Source of the DNA: Acidimicrobiia bacterium
GTDB lineage: Bacteria > Actinomycetota > Acidimicrobiia > UBA2766
Direction of reading: 5' to 3'
NCBI GenBank assembly: GCA_019695375.1
Contig: JAIBAC010000001.1
Span: forward strand, 25,638-89,637
Length of the DNA: 64,000 bases
Both the position numbers and the translations under genes were made by a program. Of this stretch, positions 9,613 to 18,820 are shown piece after piece; the first letter of the stretch is position 1; each line of letters begins with the position of its first letter. Under the pieces are notes generated by a model. The model was not told the DNA's origin and did not search any database. It saw only the letters and a list, made by a program, of their open reading frames with translations.

Positions 9613-10958
9613 CGCATCAGCCGCATCACGTCGTCGAGGCCCTCGCGGCGGATGACCACACGCGCGACGCCGTCGCGGGCGAACACGACCGCGGGCCGGC
9701 CGACGAGGTTGTAGTTGTTGGCCATCGCGTACCCGTAGGCGCCGGTCGCAGGCGTGACGAGCACGTCGCCGGCCCTGACGTCGGCCGGTAGGCGGGCATC
9801 GCTGACGAGCACGTCGCCGGACTCGCAGTGCTTGCCGGCCACGTCGGCCACGAGGTCGCGCGGCGCCAGCGGTCTGGCGGCGACGAGCGTCTCGTAGCCG
9901 GCGCCGTACAGCGCCGGGCGCAGGTTGTCGCTCATGCCGCCGTCGACGGCGACGTAGGTCCTGACGCCGGGGAGGTGCTTGATCGTGCCCACCGTGTAGA
10001 GCGTCACCCCCGCGCGGCCCACGAGCGCGCGACCGGGCTCGACGTAGACGACCGGATCGTCGAGGCCGGCTTCTGCCGCAGCCGTGGCCACGACGGATGT
10101 GAGCGCCGCGATCCAATCGGGAACCGCTACGGGCACGTCACCCGCCGTGTACGCGATGCCGAGCCCACCGCCGACGTCGAGCTCGCGCACCGGCGCGCCC
10201 ACGATCGCGCTCGCCTCGGCTGCGAACTGGACCAGTGCGGCGGCGGCCTCGCGGAAGCCGTCGAGGCCGAAGATCTGGCTGCCGATGTGGCTGTGCACCC
10301 CGACGAGCTCGAGTCCACGGCGGCCTGCGACGTCCTTCACCGCTTCGAGCGCCTGCCCGTTGGCCCAGCCGAAGCCGAACTTGGACTCCTCGTGGCCGGT
10401 GCGGATGTACTCGTGCGTGTCGGCGTCGACGCCGGGCGTCAGGCGGACGAGGACGTCCTGTGGTGGGCCACCGCCGTCACGCACCACGGCATCGAGGTTG
10501 TCGACGTCGTCGAAGGAGTCGAGCACGATCCGGGCGACGCCGGCAGCCCGCGCCGCCGCGAGCTCGGCGGGGGTCTTGTTGTTGCCGTGCATGACGAGGC
10601 GCTCGGGCGGGAAGCCTGCAGCGAGCGCGACGCCGAGCTCGCCGTCGGTGGACACGTCGAGCCAGAGTCCGCGCTCGGCGACGATGCGCAGCAGCGCCGG
10701 GCAGCTGAACGCCTTCGACGCATACGCGACGCGGCCTTCCAGCGGTGTGGGCGCCGCCGCGAACGCGTCGGTGAGCTCCGTGCAACGCGTCTCGATCGCA
10801 GCTTCGTCGTAGACGAACAGGGGTGTGCCGTGTTCGTGTGCGAGGTCCACGAGATCGCACCCCGCGATGCGGAGATGTCCGGCCGCGTCGACGCCTGCAG
10901 AGGGCGGCAGGACGTCTGCGAGTCCGGCGAGCTGCGCTGGCAGCGAGGTCGTGGTCAT
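9609..10958 (-). CDS. lysA: diaminopimelate decarboxylase
   Basis: 449 aa, PLP-dependent fold III decarboxylase motifs (YASKAF, HSHIGSQ, EPGRALVG, CESGD). Confidence 0.9.
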   Translation of the reverse strand: MTTTSLPAQLAGLADVLPPSAGVDAAGHLRIAGCDLVDLAHEHGTPLFVYDEAAIETRCTELTDAFAAAPTPLEGRVAYASKAFSCPALLRIVAERGLWLDVSTDGELGVALAAGFPPERLVMHGNNKTPAELAAARAAGVARIVLDSFDDVDNLDAVVRDGGGPPQDVLVRLTPGVDADTHEYIRTGHEESKFGFGWANGQALEAVKDVAGRRGLELVGVHSHIGSQIFGLDGFREAAAALVQFAAEASAIVGAPVRELDVGGGLGIAYTAGDVPVAVPDWIAALTSVVATAAAEAGLDDPVVYVEPGRALVGRAGVTLYTVGTIKHLPGVRTYVAVDGGMSDNLRPALYGAGYETLVAARPLAPRDLVADVAGKHCESGDVLVSDARLPADVRAGDVLVTPATGAYGYAMANNYNLVGRPAVVFARDGVARVVIRREGLDDVMRLMR

Positions 10959-11037
10959 TCCCGAAACCGTATCGGCTCGCAGCAGTGCCGCGAGAACAAC
11001 TTGCCCCGGCGCCGGCGGCGGCTACCGTCAGGGCACG

Positions 11038-12390
11038 ATGGCGGATCCCAAGATCACGATGGTCGGCGCCGGGGGGATGTCCTTCGGTCCCACGATGGTC
11101 AACGACGTGGTCCACACGCCGGCACTGCACGGCGCGCGCCTCGTCCTGCACGACCTGAACGCCGAGCGGCTCCAGCGCGCCTACCAGTTCGCGGCGAAGC
11201 TCAACGCCGCCGCGGGGGCGCCCGTCGTGCTGGACCGCACGACCGACCCTGCCGCTGCCTACGACGGAGCGGACTTCGTCTTCTCGAGCGCCGAGTTCGA
11301 GCGCTTCGCCCGCTGGCGCCAGGACCTCGAGATACCCAACGCGCACGGCGCACGTCAGCTCACGGGCGAGAACGGGGGCCCGGGAGCGGTCTTCCACTCG
11401 TTGCGCTCCATCCACAACACCCTCGGCATCTGCGCCGACATCGAACGGTTCTGCCCCGACGCGTTCCTGGTCAACCTCACGAACCCGATGAGCCGGGTGA
11501 CGCTCGCGATCAACCGCGGCACCAGCGTCCGCAACGTTGGGATGTGCCACGAGATGCCGATGGGCATCAACCGGCTGTGCCGCCGGCTCCGCGTCAAGCG
11601 CTCCCATGTCAGCGCCAAGGCGTCGGGCATCAACCACTTCACGTTCTTCACCGAGTTCGTCGACACCACGAGCGGCGAGGACCTCATGCCGCGGCTGCTG
11701 GACTTCTACACGAGCAGGTTCTTCGAGTTCGGCCCGATGGCGCAGCGTGTCGCGCACGCGTTGGAGAGCACGCTCGCCGGCGCCGCCCTCGTCGAGATGA
11801 ACTACCTGCCGCTCGTGGCAAAGGTCGCACGCGAGCACGGGCTGATCGCCGTATCGGTGGACAGCCACATCGGTGAGTACCTCCCCTTCGCCCTCGACGC
11901 CGCCGAGTGGATGCCGGTCCCGCTCGACTTCCACGAACCCGCCATGCGCGTCGCTGAACGCGCCGCGTCGTGGGCAGCGCGGACTCGCGTTCCTCTCCCG
12001 CTGCAGGCCTACGGCCACTCCAGCGAGGAGGTCGCGCCGCTCATCGCAGCGATCTGGACGGGTGAGCCCACTCGGATCCTGGCGGTCAACGTTCCCAACC
12101 GCGGCTACCTGCCCGATGTCGCCGACGGCGCCATCGTCGAGGTCGGCGCAACCGTCGACGGCGACGGCGTGCACCCGGAACGGATGCCGGCTCTCGGCGA
12201 GCCGCTCGCGGGGTGGATCGGCGTCCAGACCCGCCTGCAGGACCTCGTGGTGGACGCCGCGCTCAAGGGCGACCCCGACCTCGCTCTCCAGGCCGTCCGC
12301 GACGACCCCTGCTCACCGCCGGACGAGGAGTCGTGCCGGCGGATCTTCGACGAGCTGCGCGAGTTGCAGGCCGACCTCCTGCCCTTCTGA
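11038..12390 (+). CDS. glycoside hydrolase family 4 (NAD/Mn-dependent alpha-glucosidase-like)
   Basis: N-terminal Rossmann KITMVGAGGMSFG, conserved Cys-His region (MCHEMPMG) typical of GH4; start ATG 11038 inside longer ORF. Confidence 0.75.
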   Translation: MADPKITMVGAGGMSFGPTMVNDVVHTPALHGARLVLHDLNAERLQRAYQFAAKLNAAAGAPVVLDRTTDPAAAYDGADFVFSSAEFERFARWRQDLEIPNAHGARQLTGENGGPGAVFHSLRSIHNTLGICADIERFCPDAFLVNLTNPMSRVTLAINRGTSVRNVGMCHEMPMGINRLCRRLRVKRSHVSAKASGINHFTFFTEFVDTTSGEDLMPRLLDFYTSRFFEFGPMAQRVAHALESTLAGAALVEMNYLPLVAKVAREHGLIAVSVDSHIGEYLPFALDAAEWMPVPLDFHEPAMRVAERAASWAARTRVPLPLQAYGHSSEEVAPLIAAIWTGEPTRILAVNVPNRGYLPDVADGAIVEVGATVDGDGVHPERMPALGEPLAGWIGVQTRLQDLVVDAALKGDPDLALQAVRDDPCSPPDEESCRRIFDELRELQADLLPF

Positions 12391-12421
12391 CGGGCCGTCT
12401 CCACGGCGCTTGCCCTGGAGC

Positions 12422-12805
12422 TCAGCTGCGGCGCGCGGTGCTCCCGCGCAGCACCCCGGCGACTTGCAGTGCGAGGTCGCGCGGTTCGAACGGTTTCGTC
12501 ACATAGGTGTCGGCGCCGGCGGCGAGGCCGGCCGCCACATCCGCGGCCTGGGCGCGGGCCGAGAGCATCAGGATCCCGACACGGGTCGTCGCCGGCTCAG
12601 CCCGCAGCGACCTGCACACGTCGATGCCGTCGACGCCGGGCAGCATCACGTCGAGCACGACGAGCTCGGCGCCGATGTCGTGGGCCACCGTCACAGCGCC
12701 GAGGCCGCGGTCGACGACGGTCACCTCGTGGCCCTCGAGCTCGAGCGTGAGGCGCACGAGCTTCTGCACCGAAGGGTCGTCCTCGACGACGAGAATGCGT
12801 GCCAC
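12422..12805 (-). CDS. stand-alone response regulator receiver domain protein (CheY-like)
   Basis: 127 aa; ILVVEDD, LVVLDVMLPGVDG, TKPF motifs. Confidence 0.8.
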   Translation of the reverse strand: MARILVVEDDPSVQKLVRLTLELEGHEVTVVDRGLGAVTVAHDIGAELVVLDVMLPGVDGIDVCRSLRAEPATTRVGILMLSARAQAADVAAGLAAGADTYVTKPFEPRDLALQVAGVLRGSTARRS

Positions 12806-12906
12806 ACGGCCAGCCTACGGGGCGATCGCGACGCTGCAGACGCCGGCCGCGTCGTCCACCTCCGAGGCGTGGCGGCGACGGGTGGCGGTTACACTCGCAG
12901 GTCGTT

Positions 12907-12981
12907 GCCCTCGTAGCTCAGGGGATAGAGCACCGGCCTCCGGAGCCGGGTGCGGAGGTTCGAATCCTCCCGGGGGCGCCA
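12907..12981 (+). tRNA. tRNA-Arg (anticodon CCG)
   Basis: Hand-folded cloverleaf: acceptor GCCCTCG/CGGGGGC, D-arm GCTC AGGGGATA GAGC, anticodon loop CUCCGGA, T-arm GGAGG TTCGAAT CCTCC, discriminator G plus CCA. Confidence 0.8.
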
Positions 12982-13034
12982 GCGAAGCAGTGCCACGATC
13001 CTCTTGGTGAGCGGCTCGCCTCGAAGTCGACTTT

Positions 13035-13298
13035 TCACCAACGCAGCTCAGCGGCTTCGGTCACGAGCGCGTCGCTCACCGGAACGATGGTCGTGCCGGC
13101 GATTGCCGCCTCGAGGCGAAGTCGACGAGCCTCCCCCCAACCGGCGACAAGCGCGCCATACCGCAGCTCGGCAACAGTCTGCGCCGCGAGGAGGACGATC
13201 CGGCCGGTCATGGCTCGAACCTGCGCCTCGAAGCGCTGCCTTCGTCGAATCGACAGCGAGGCGCTGAAGACCCCGGTGTCGACCAGGATGCGACTCAC
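13035..13298 (-). pseudogene. truncated PIN-domain toxin (VapC-like N-terminal ~87 aa), GTG start, no adjacent antitoxin ORF
   Basis: SRILVDTGVF...TVAELRYGA matches first half of VapC PIN domains; ORF ends ~55 bp from tRNA-Arg 3' end; C-terminal PIN acidic residues missing. Confidence 0.5.
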
Positions 13299-13381
13299 GC
13301 TTCAAGTGCAGCGAAGAAGGCGTCGACCACCTCATCGGGGAGGCTACCGCCGACGATCCACCAGTGGTCACGACGTGACGC

Positions 13382-14095
13382 TCAGGGGCGAACGGCCTCG
13401 AAGACCATCGTCTCGAAGCGGTTGATGCGCTCGTCGCCGATGAACTCGCCGTGGGTCTCGAGTCCGCTGAGGGCGTCGTGTTCGCTCTTGGCGACATCGC
13501 ACTCGGCGACGTCGACGAAGCCGGCGGCGTCGAGGGCGGCCTGCAGCGTGCGGCGTGCGTAGACGAAGGTGTGACCCCAGGCGCGCATCGCGTGGTTCAA
13601 GACGTGCACCTCGTCGGCCTCGGGCACGTCCTCGAAGTACATCCGCTTGTAGTAGTCGACGTAGTGGCGTGCGTCGTCGCCGGCGGCCCCCGGCACGAGG
13701 CCCACGAGCGTCTCCAGGCACGGCGTCGCCACGCGCAGCACCCCGCCGGGGCGCAGCACGCGGCGCACCTCCGCCAGCAGGCTCTTGCCTGCGGGGTAAG
13801 GGACGTGCTCGATGACGTGTTCGGTGAACACGTAGCGGAAGGTGGCGTCGTCGAAGGGGAGCGGTTCCGTGGCGTCGAGGAACACCATCCCGGGAAGGTC
13901 GTCGAGGTCGGTGTTCAGCCAGCCGTCGAGCGGGTTGCCGCCACCGCCGATCTGGAGTTTGGGCTCGGTCGCCTCCGCCAGGTAGGCAGCCACCTGAGCG
14001 GGACGGCGACGCCGGCGTGCCATCGTCCGCACCTCGGTACGCAGGACGTGGCCGACGTATCGGATGCGGTCGAGATTGCGGCTCGCTGTCGACAT
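13382..14095 (-). CDS. class I SAM-dependent methyltransferase
   Basis: Motif I-like LQIGGGGNPLDGWLNTD, motif post-I/II (VLRPGGVLRV); start at first ATG 14095 (GTG 14113 alternative). Confidence 0.65.
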   Translation of the reverse strand: MSTASRNLDRIRYVGHVLRTEVRTMARRRRRPAQVAAYLAEATEPKLQIGGGGNPLDGWLNTDLDDLPGMVFLDATEPLPFDDATFRYVFTEHVIEHVPYPAGKSLLAEVRRVLRPGGVLRVATPCLETLVGLVPGAAGDDARHYVDYYKRMYFEDVPEADEVHVLNHAMRAWGHTFVYARRTLQAALDAAGFVDVAECDVAKSEHDALSGLETHGEFIGDERINRFETMVFEAVRP

Positions 14096-14165
14096 AGGTG
14101 CCTCATTCCGCACGGCGATCCCGCGCTCCTGCGCTGACTTGCGGGCTGTGGCGGCGACGCGAGGC

Positions 14166-15257
14166 CTAGACCATCGCGCCCACGTCGGCGTCGGCGTGGG
14201 CCTCCATGAACTCCACGAGGTGCGGGAGGTACGACGCTACCGGTGGGCACGTCACGCCGCTGCCTTCGAGATCGCGGCCGGCGTTGGTCGTGTCGTAGTG
14301 GGTCGGGTGCACGAAGTACGCGACGGCGCTCGCGGGGATCCGCATGAAGCGCTCGAGGGGGCCGATGTTCGCGAGCGCCCACGTGGTGAGGCGCTGCGGC
14401 ATCGGTACCCGTACCGCACGCCTCGACGTGACGCGGCACATCTCCACTATGAGCTCCTCGATGGTCAGAGGCCGTGGATCGGCGAGCTGGTACGTGACCC
14501 CGAGCGAGGTGGTGGACGCAGCGAGTTGGTCGATGGCGTCGATGACGAAGTCCGACGGCACCATGTTGAAGCGCGTCTTGCGCGGGTCGCCGATGACGGG
14601 GACCACCGCGAACGACTGCGGCTGACGCAGCAGCCACTGCAGCACGAAGTACGGTCCGTCGAACTTCTGCGTCTCGCCGGTGTGGGAGTCGCCGACGACG
14701 ACCGACGGCCGGTAGACGGTCGTGGGCATGCCGCCGTCGCGGGCTTTCGCCACCTCGACCTCGGCGAGGAACTTCGTCTCCTCGTAGTAGTTGTTGAAGC
14801 CCTGCCCCACGTCGAGGTCGGTCTCCTTGAACGGACCGCAGTGGTGGCCGCTCACGTAGCAGGTGCTGACGTAGTGGTGGCGTTGCAAGCCGGGGCAGTC
14901 CGCGGCGAAGCGCAGGACGTTGCGGGTGCCTTCGACGTTGACGGCCATCCCCACCTCCCGCGCGACGCCCAGGTCGTAGACCGCTCCCAGGTGCCAGACC
15001 TCCGTCGTCTGCGCCATGATCTCCGCGCGTCCGGCGAGATCGAGGTCCGCGGCGGTGAGGTCGCCGGCCACGCACTCGATCCGGCCCGCGAGGGCGGGCT
15101 CGTGGGCGACGAGCTCCTCGACACGCGCCTTCGCGAGGGCGTCGAACTTCGGTTGCACGAGGCACACGGCGCGGGCGTCGGGCCTGCGTGCGAGGATCCG
15201 CGGAACCAGCCGGCTTCCCAGGAAACCCGGGAAGCCCGTGACGAAGATCGTGTCCAT
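14166..15257 (-). CDS. NAD(P)-dependent epimerase/dehydratase-family reductase (fatty acyl-CoA reductase / thioester-reductase-domain-like)
   Basis: N-terminal IFVTGFPGFLGS Rossmann, YxxxK-type SDR extended family; start set at MDTIF (15257) inside ORF to 15338. Confidence 0.65.
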   Translation of the reverse strand: MDTIFVTGFPGFLGSRLVPRILARRPDARAVCLVQPKFDALAKARVEELVAHEPALAGRIECVAGDLTAADLDLAGRAEIMAQTTEVWHLGAVYDLGVAREVGMAVNVEGTRNVLRFAADCPGLQRHHYVSTCYVSGHHCGPFKETDLDVGQGFNNYYEETKFLAEVEVAKARDGGMPTTVYRPSVVVGDSHTGETQKFDGPYFVLQWLLRQPQSFAVVPVIGDPRKTRFNMVPSDFVIDAIDQLAASTTSLGVTYQLADPRPLTIEELIVEMCRVTSRRAVRVPMPQRLTTWALANIGPLERFMRIPASAVAYFVHPTHYDTTNAGRDLEGSGVTCPPVASYLPHLVEFMEAHADADVGAMV

Positions 15258-15352
15258 GCGCCTGCCCTCCGACCGTCTCGCCGAACTCACCCTCCCCGCG
15301 AGGGTATCGCCCGCGTGAGCTACTTGACAAACGGTCATCAGATGTCCAATGT

Positions 15353-16528
15353 ATGGACATGACTGCGATACCCGTAAACCAGGCGGCGGCGGCCTGGCGC
15401 GACCGCAAGCGCTATCTCTGGCCCTTCGCTCTCCTGGTCCCGGCCCTGCCCTTCATCGCCGGTGGGCTCGTGGCGCTCACCGGCTCCGGCGTGTTCTGGT
15501 GGGTCGGCCCCCTCGTGGTGTTCGGTGTCATGCCGCTGCTCGACACGGTCCTCGGCCGCGACAGCACCAACCCGCCCGACACAGCGGTCGCCTCCCTCGA
15601 GTCCGACCACTACTACCGCTGGTGCACGTACCTGTTCGTCCCGCTCCAGTACGCGTCGCTCGTGTGGGCATGCTGGATGTGGTCGCGCGGGTCCCTCGCG
15701 CCCGTGGACTCGTTCGGTCTCGCGATCACCGTCGGCTGCGCCGCCGGCATCGCGATCAACACGGCGCACGAGCTGGGCCACAAGCGACCTGCGGTCGAGC
15801 GGTGGCTGTCGAAGGTCGCGCTCGCACAGACCGGCTACGGCCACTTCCAGCTCGAGCACAACCGCGGCCACCACGCGCGGGTCTCGACCCCTGAGGACCC
15901 GGCGAGCTCGCGCATGGGCGAGCACTTCTACGAGTTCTTCCCCCGCACCGTCATCGGCGGACTGCGCTCGGCGATCCGCCTCGAGCGCGAGCGCGAGGCG
16001 CGCACGGGTGAGCGGTTCTGGTCGCCGCGCAACGAGCTCCTCAACGCGTGGGTGATGACCGTCGTGCTGTTCGGCGCCCTCGTGGCGATCTTCGGGCTCG
16101 CGGTCCTGCCGTGGCTTGTCGTGCAGGCCGTGTTCGGCTTCTCCCTGCTCGAGGTCGTCAACTACGTCGAGCACTACGGCCTGCTGCGCGACCGCCGCGC
16201 GGACGGCAAGTACGAGCGCTGCCGTCCGGAGCACTCGTGGAACGCCAACCACACGGTCTCGAACCTGTTGCTGTTCCACCTGCAGCGCCACAGCGACCAC
16301 CACGCCAACCCCACGCGCCGCTTCCAGACGCTGCGCCACTTCGATGACGCACCTCAGCTTCCCAGCGGGTACGCAGGCATGATCCTGCTCGCATACGTTC
16401 CACCCCTGTGGCGACGCGTGATGGACCACCGCGTCCTCGCGTTCTACGACGGTGACCTCGACCGCGTGAACGTCCACCCCCGGGCGCGGCGTCGCCTCGA
16501 GCGTCGCTACGGCACGGCGGCCGCGTGA
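15353..16528 (+). CDS. alkB: alkane 1-monooxygenase (AlkB-type integral membrane di-iron hydroxylase)
   Basis: Three histidine boxes HELGHK, EHNRGHH, LQRHSDHH plus hydrophobic TM segments; 391 aa. Confidence 0.85.
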   Translation: MDMTAIPVNQAAAAWRDRKRYLWPFALLVPALPFIAGGLVALTGSGVFWWVGPLVVFGVMPLLDTVLGRDSTNPPDTAVASLESDHYYRWCTYLFVPLQYASLVWACWMWSRGSLAPVDSFGLAITVGCAAGIAINTAHELGHKRPAVERWLSKVALAQTGYGHFQLEHNRGHHARVSTPEDPASSRMGEHFYEFFPRTVIGGLRSAIRLEREREARTGERFWSPRNELLNAWVMTVVLFGALVAIFGLAVLPWLVVQAVFGFSLLEVVNYVEHYGLLRDRRADGKYERCRPEHSWNANHTVSNLLLFHLQRHSDHHANPTRRFQTLRHFDDAPQLPSGYAGMILLAYVPPLWRRVMDHRVLAFYDGDLDRVNVHPRARRRLERRYGTAAA

Positions 16529-17172
16529 GCAGCGCGTCGAAGCCGGAACCCGTGACCCCGGTTCCCTTCGGCGAGGCGGCGCGGGCGCTGATGCAGACCA
16601 CGATCCTGGCAGCCGTGCGCGACCTGATGGACGACCGTCCGTGGAGCTCCATCACCATGGCCGACGTCGCCCGGCGCGCGGGCGTGAGCCGCCAGACGCT
16701 CTACAACGAGTTCGGCGGCCGCAAAGACCTCGCGCGGGCGTACGCACTGGACGTGGCCGACTCGCTCCTCGACCGTGTCGAGGCGGAGGCGCTCAGCCAC
16801 GCCGGCGATCCCCGCGCTGCGCTACTGGGCGCGTTCTCGCTGTTCCTGACGATCGCGGCGGACGAACCGATCGTGCGTGCTCTGACCGCCCCGAGCGGCG
16901 CTGACGACTTCGCGGCGCTGGTCGGCACGCCCGAGGGAGTGCCGATCCTGAACGGGGCGACGGAACGGATCCGCAAGGTGATGCGGACGCTGGCCCCTCT
17001 CGCCGCCGCCGAGGACGTCGCCGCCCTCGCCGACGTCGTCGTGCGCCTCGCGATGAGCCACCTGAGCGTGCCGGGCGGCTCGGTCGCGGAGGCCACGGAG
17101 GCGCTCACACGCGTGGTCGGGCCGGCGCTCGACACGCTCGCCGCGGGACCGGCCCGCACTCAGGTGGGCTAG
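16525..17172 (+). CDS. TetR-family transcriptional regulator (AlkU-like), ATGA-coupled to alkB
   Basis: N-terminal HTH (ITMADVARRAGVSRQTLYNEFGGRKDL); 215 aa. Confidence 0.8.
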   Translation: MSSASKPEPVTPVPFGEAARALMQTTILAAVRDLMDDRPWSSITMADVARRAGVSRQTLYNEFGGRKDLARAYALDVADSLLDRVEAEALSHAGDPRAALLGAFSLFLTIAADEPIVRALTAPSGADDFAALVGTPEGVPILNGATERIRKVMRTLAPLAAAEDVAALADVVVRLAMSHLSVPGGSVAEATEALTRVVGPALDTLAAGPARTQVG

Positions 17173-17181
17173 CGTCGCCGT

Positions 17182-17547
17182 ATGGGTGTCGCACGGCGCG
17201 TCGCGAGGTTCAACAAGCACGTCACCAACCGCGTGCAGATGCTGTGGGCCCCACGTTTCGCGCCGTGGGCAGTCGTCATCCACGTCGGCAGGCGCAGCGG
17301 TCGTGAGTACCGCACACCGGTGGTCGCCGCGGTCTCGGGATCGACCATCACCATCGCGCTCCCCTACGGCGTCGAGTCGGACTGGGTGCAGAACCTGCTC
17401 GCGGCGAAGGGCGGGACCTTCGTTCGGCGTCGTCGCGAGTACCGGCTCATGGACCCCACGGTGGTGGCGGCCTCGGGAGCGGGCGCCGGGATCATCCGCC
17501 CGCTGATGGGCATCACGTCGCACGCCCTCGTCGCGCGCATCGGCTGA
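17182..17547 (+). CDS. nitroreductase-family deazaflavin (F420)-dependent oxidoreductase (DUF385)
   Basis: 121 aa; GRRSGREYRTPV motif characteristic of DUF385/Ddn-like proteins. Confidence 0.7.
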   Translation: MGVARRVARFNKHVTNRVQMLWAPRFAPWAVVIHVGRRSGREYRTPVVAAVSGSTITIALPYGVESDWVQNLLAAKGGTFVRRRREYRLMDPTVVAASGAGAGIIRPLMGITSHALVARIG

Positions 17548-17596
17548 CACCCGGGGAGGCCCAGCCCGGGCAGTTCGACGCGGGAGCGCCGCATCG

Positions 17597-18751
17597 ATGC
17601 GTCCCGACCCGAGCGGACATGCGCCCGGCGTACTAGACCTGATCCCCGATTTCGCGCGAGGAGGCGGCAGTGGCATGCATGCACCGCACACGCCGGCAAC
17701 CCGAGGGGCCGGCGCCGCGGTGAGTGTCAGCGGCGGGGCAGGACGCGCCGTCGCGTCGTGGGATGCCCTCATCGAGGCGTCGGGACGGCGCGAAGGGAAC
17801 GCCCTCCTCATCTCGGAACCTCCCTTCGTGCAGTCGGCGCAGACGCCTGTGTGGCCGCTGAGCCAGGTGATCGCTGCTGCGATGAGCCTTGCCGACGCCG
17901 GCACGGTCGCGTTCGACATCGAGGTCGATCGTCTCCTCGCGGGTCTCGAACGGCACCGCCGCGGTGACGCGTACACGGCCCACCCGCGTGAGAGGCTCCG
18001 CTACTACGACGACAACGCCTGGGTCGGACTCGGGCTCGCTCAGTGGCACACCCAGCGCGGGCGCGGACGCGATCTCGCCGCCGCACGCCGGTTGTTCGCG
18101 TTCGCGGCCGCAGGCGAACATCGAGACGGCGGAGTCCATTGGCGCGAGGGGACGCGCGAGCCGCGCAACACCTGCTCGACCGCACCGGCCGCGCAGCTCG
18201 CCCTGCGCATCCACGGTCTCACCGGCGAGCCCGGCCTCGTCGAGTTCGCGGCACGTGCCGACAGGTTCCTGTCCGAGACGCTCGAGTCTCCGCAGGGCCT
18301 GATGTGGGACCACGTCGATGCCGACGGCACGGTCGAGCGGACCGTGTGGTCCTACAACCAGGGCAGCACGGTCAGCGCTCGCGTCCTGCTCGGCCGCGCC
18401 ACCGGCGACGCGCGCCACGTTCGAAGTGCGCAGGCGCTCGCGGATGCGACGCTGGAGCACTTCGGCCGCGACGACGGCTGGTGGCGCCAGCCTGCGGTCT
18501 TCAACGCCATCTGCCTGCGGAACCTGGTCTCCGCCGCCGCAATCGCACCCGAGATCGGGCGCGACCGCATCCACGCCACTCTCGCGGACTACCTCGATCG
18601 CGTCTGGGAGGAGGCGCGCGAGGACGAAACCGGCCTGTTCGTCAACGGCGGCATCGGCCGGTACGACCAGAGCTGCATCGATCAGGCCGGCATCACTCAG
18701 CTCTATGCGCTCAGCGCGTGGCCTCGTGACCGGCTCCACCTCGTCGCCTGA
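17597..18751 (+). CDS. glycoside hydrolase family 76-like (alpha-1,6-mannanase fold) protein
   Basis: YYDDNAWVGL and WSYNQGS motifs typical of GH76; true start uncertain (alternative ATG 17675). Confidence 0.6.
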   Translation: MRPDPSGHAPGVLDLIPDFARGGGSGMHAPHTPATRGAGAAVSVSGGAGRAVASWDALIEASGRREGNALLISEPPFVQSAQTPVWPLSQVIAAAMSLADAGTVAFDIEVDRLLAGLERHRRGDAYTAHPRERLRYYDDNAWVGLGLAQWHTQRGRGRDLAAARRLFAFAAAGEHRDGGVHWREGTREPRNTCSTAPAAQLALRIHGLTGEPGLVEFAARADRFLSETLESPQGLMWDHVDADGTVERTVWSYNQGSTVSARVLLGRATGDARHVRSAQALADATLEHFGRDDGWWRQPAVFNAICLRNLVSAAAIAPEIGRDRIHATLADYLDRVWEEAREDETGLFVNGGIGRYDQSCIDQAGITQLYALSAWPRDRLHLVA

Positions 18752-18820
18752 CGCGTGGGTAGGAGATACCGTCACCCCGGTGCTTCTCATCGATTCTCAT
18801 CTTGAGTAGCCTCACAGACG

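Noticed and set aside
13296-13384. VapB antitoxin upstream of the VapC fragment
   Set aside because: Frame-by-frame translation of the 84-bp gap gives only a 27-codon stop-to-stop segment ending GTGA-overlapped with the vapC start, with no start codon and insufficient length.
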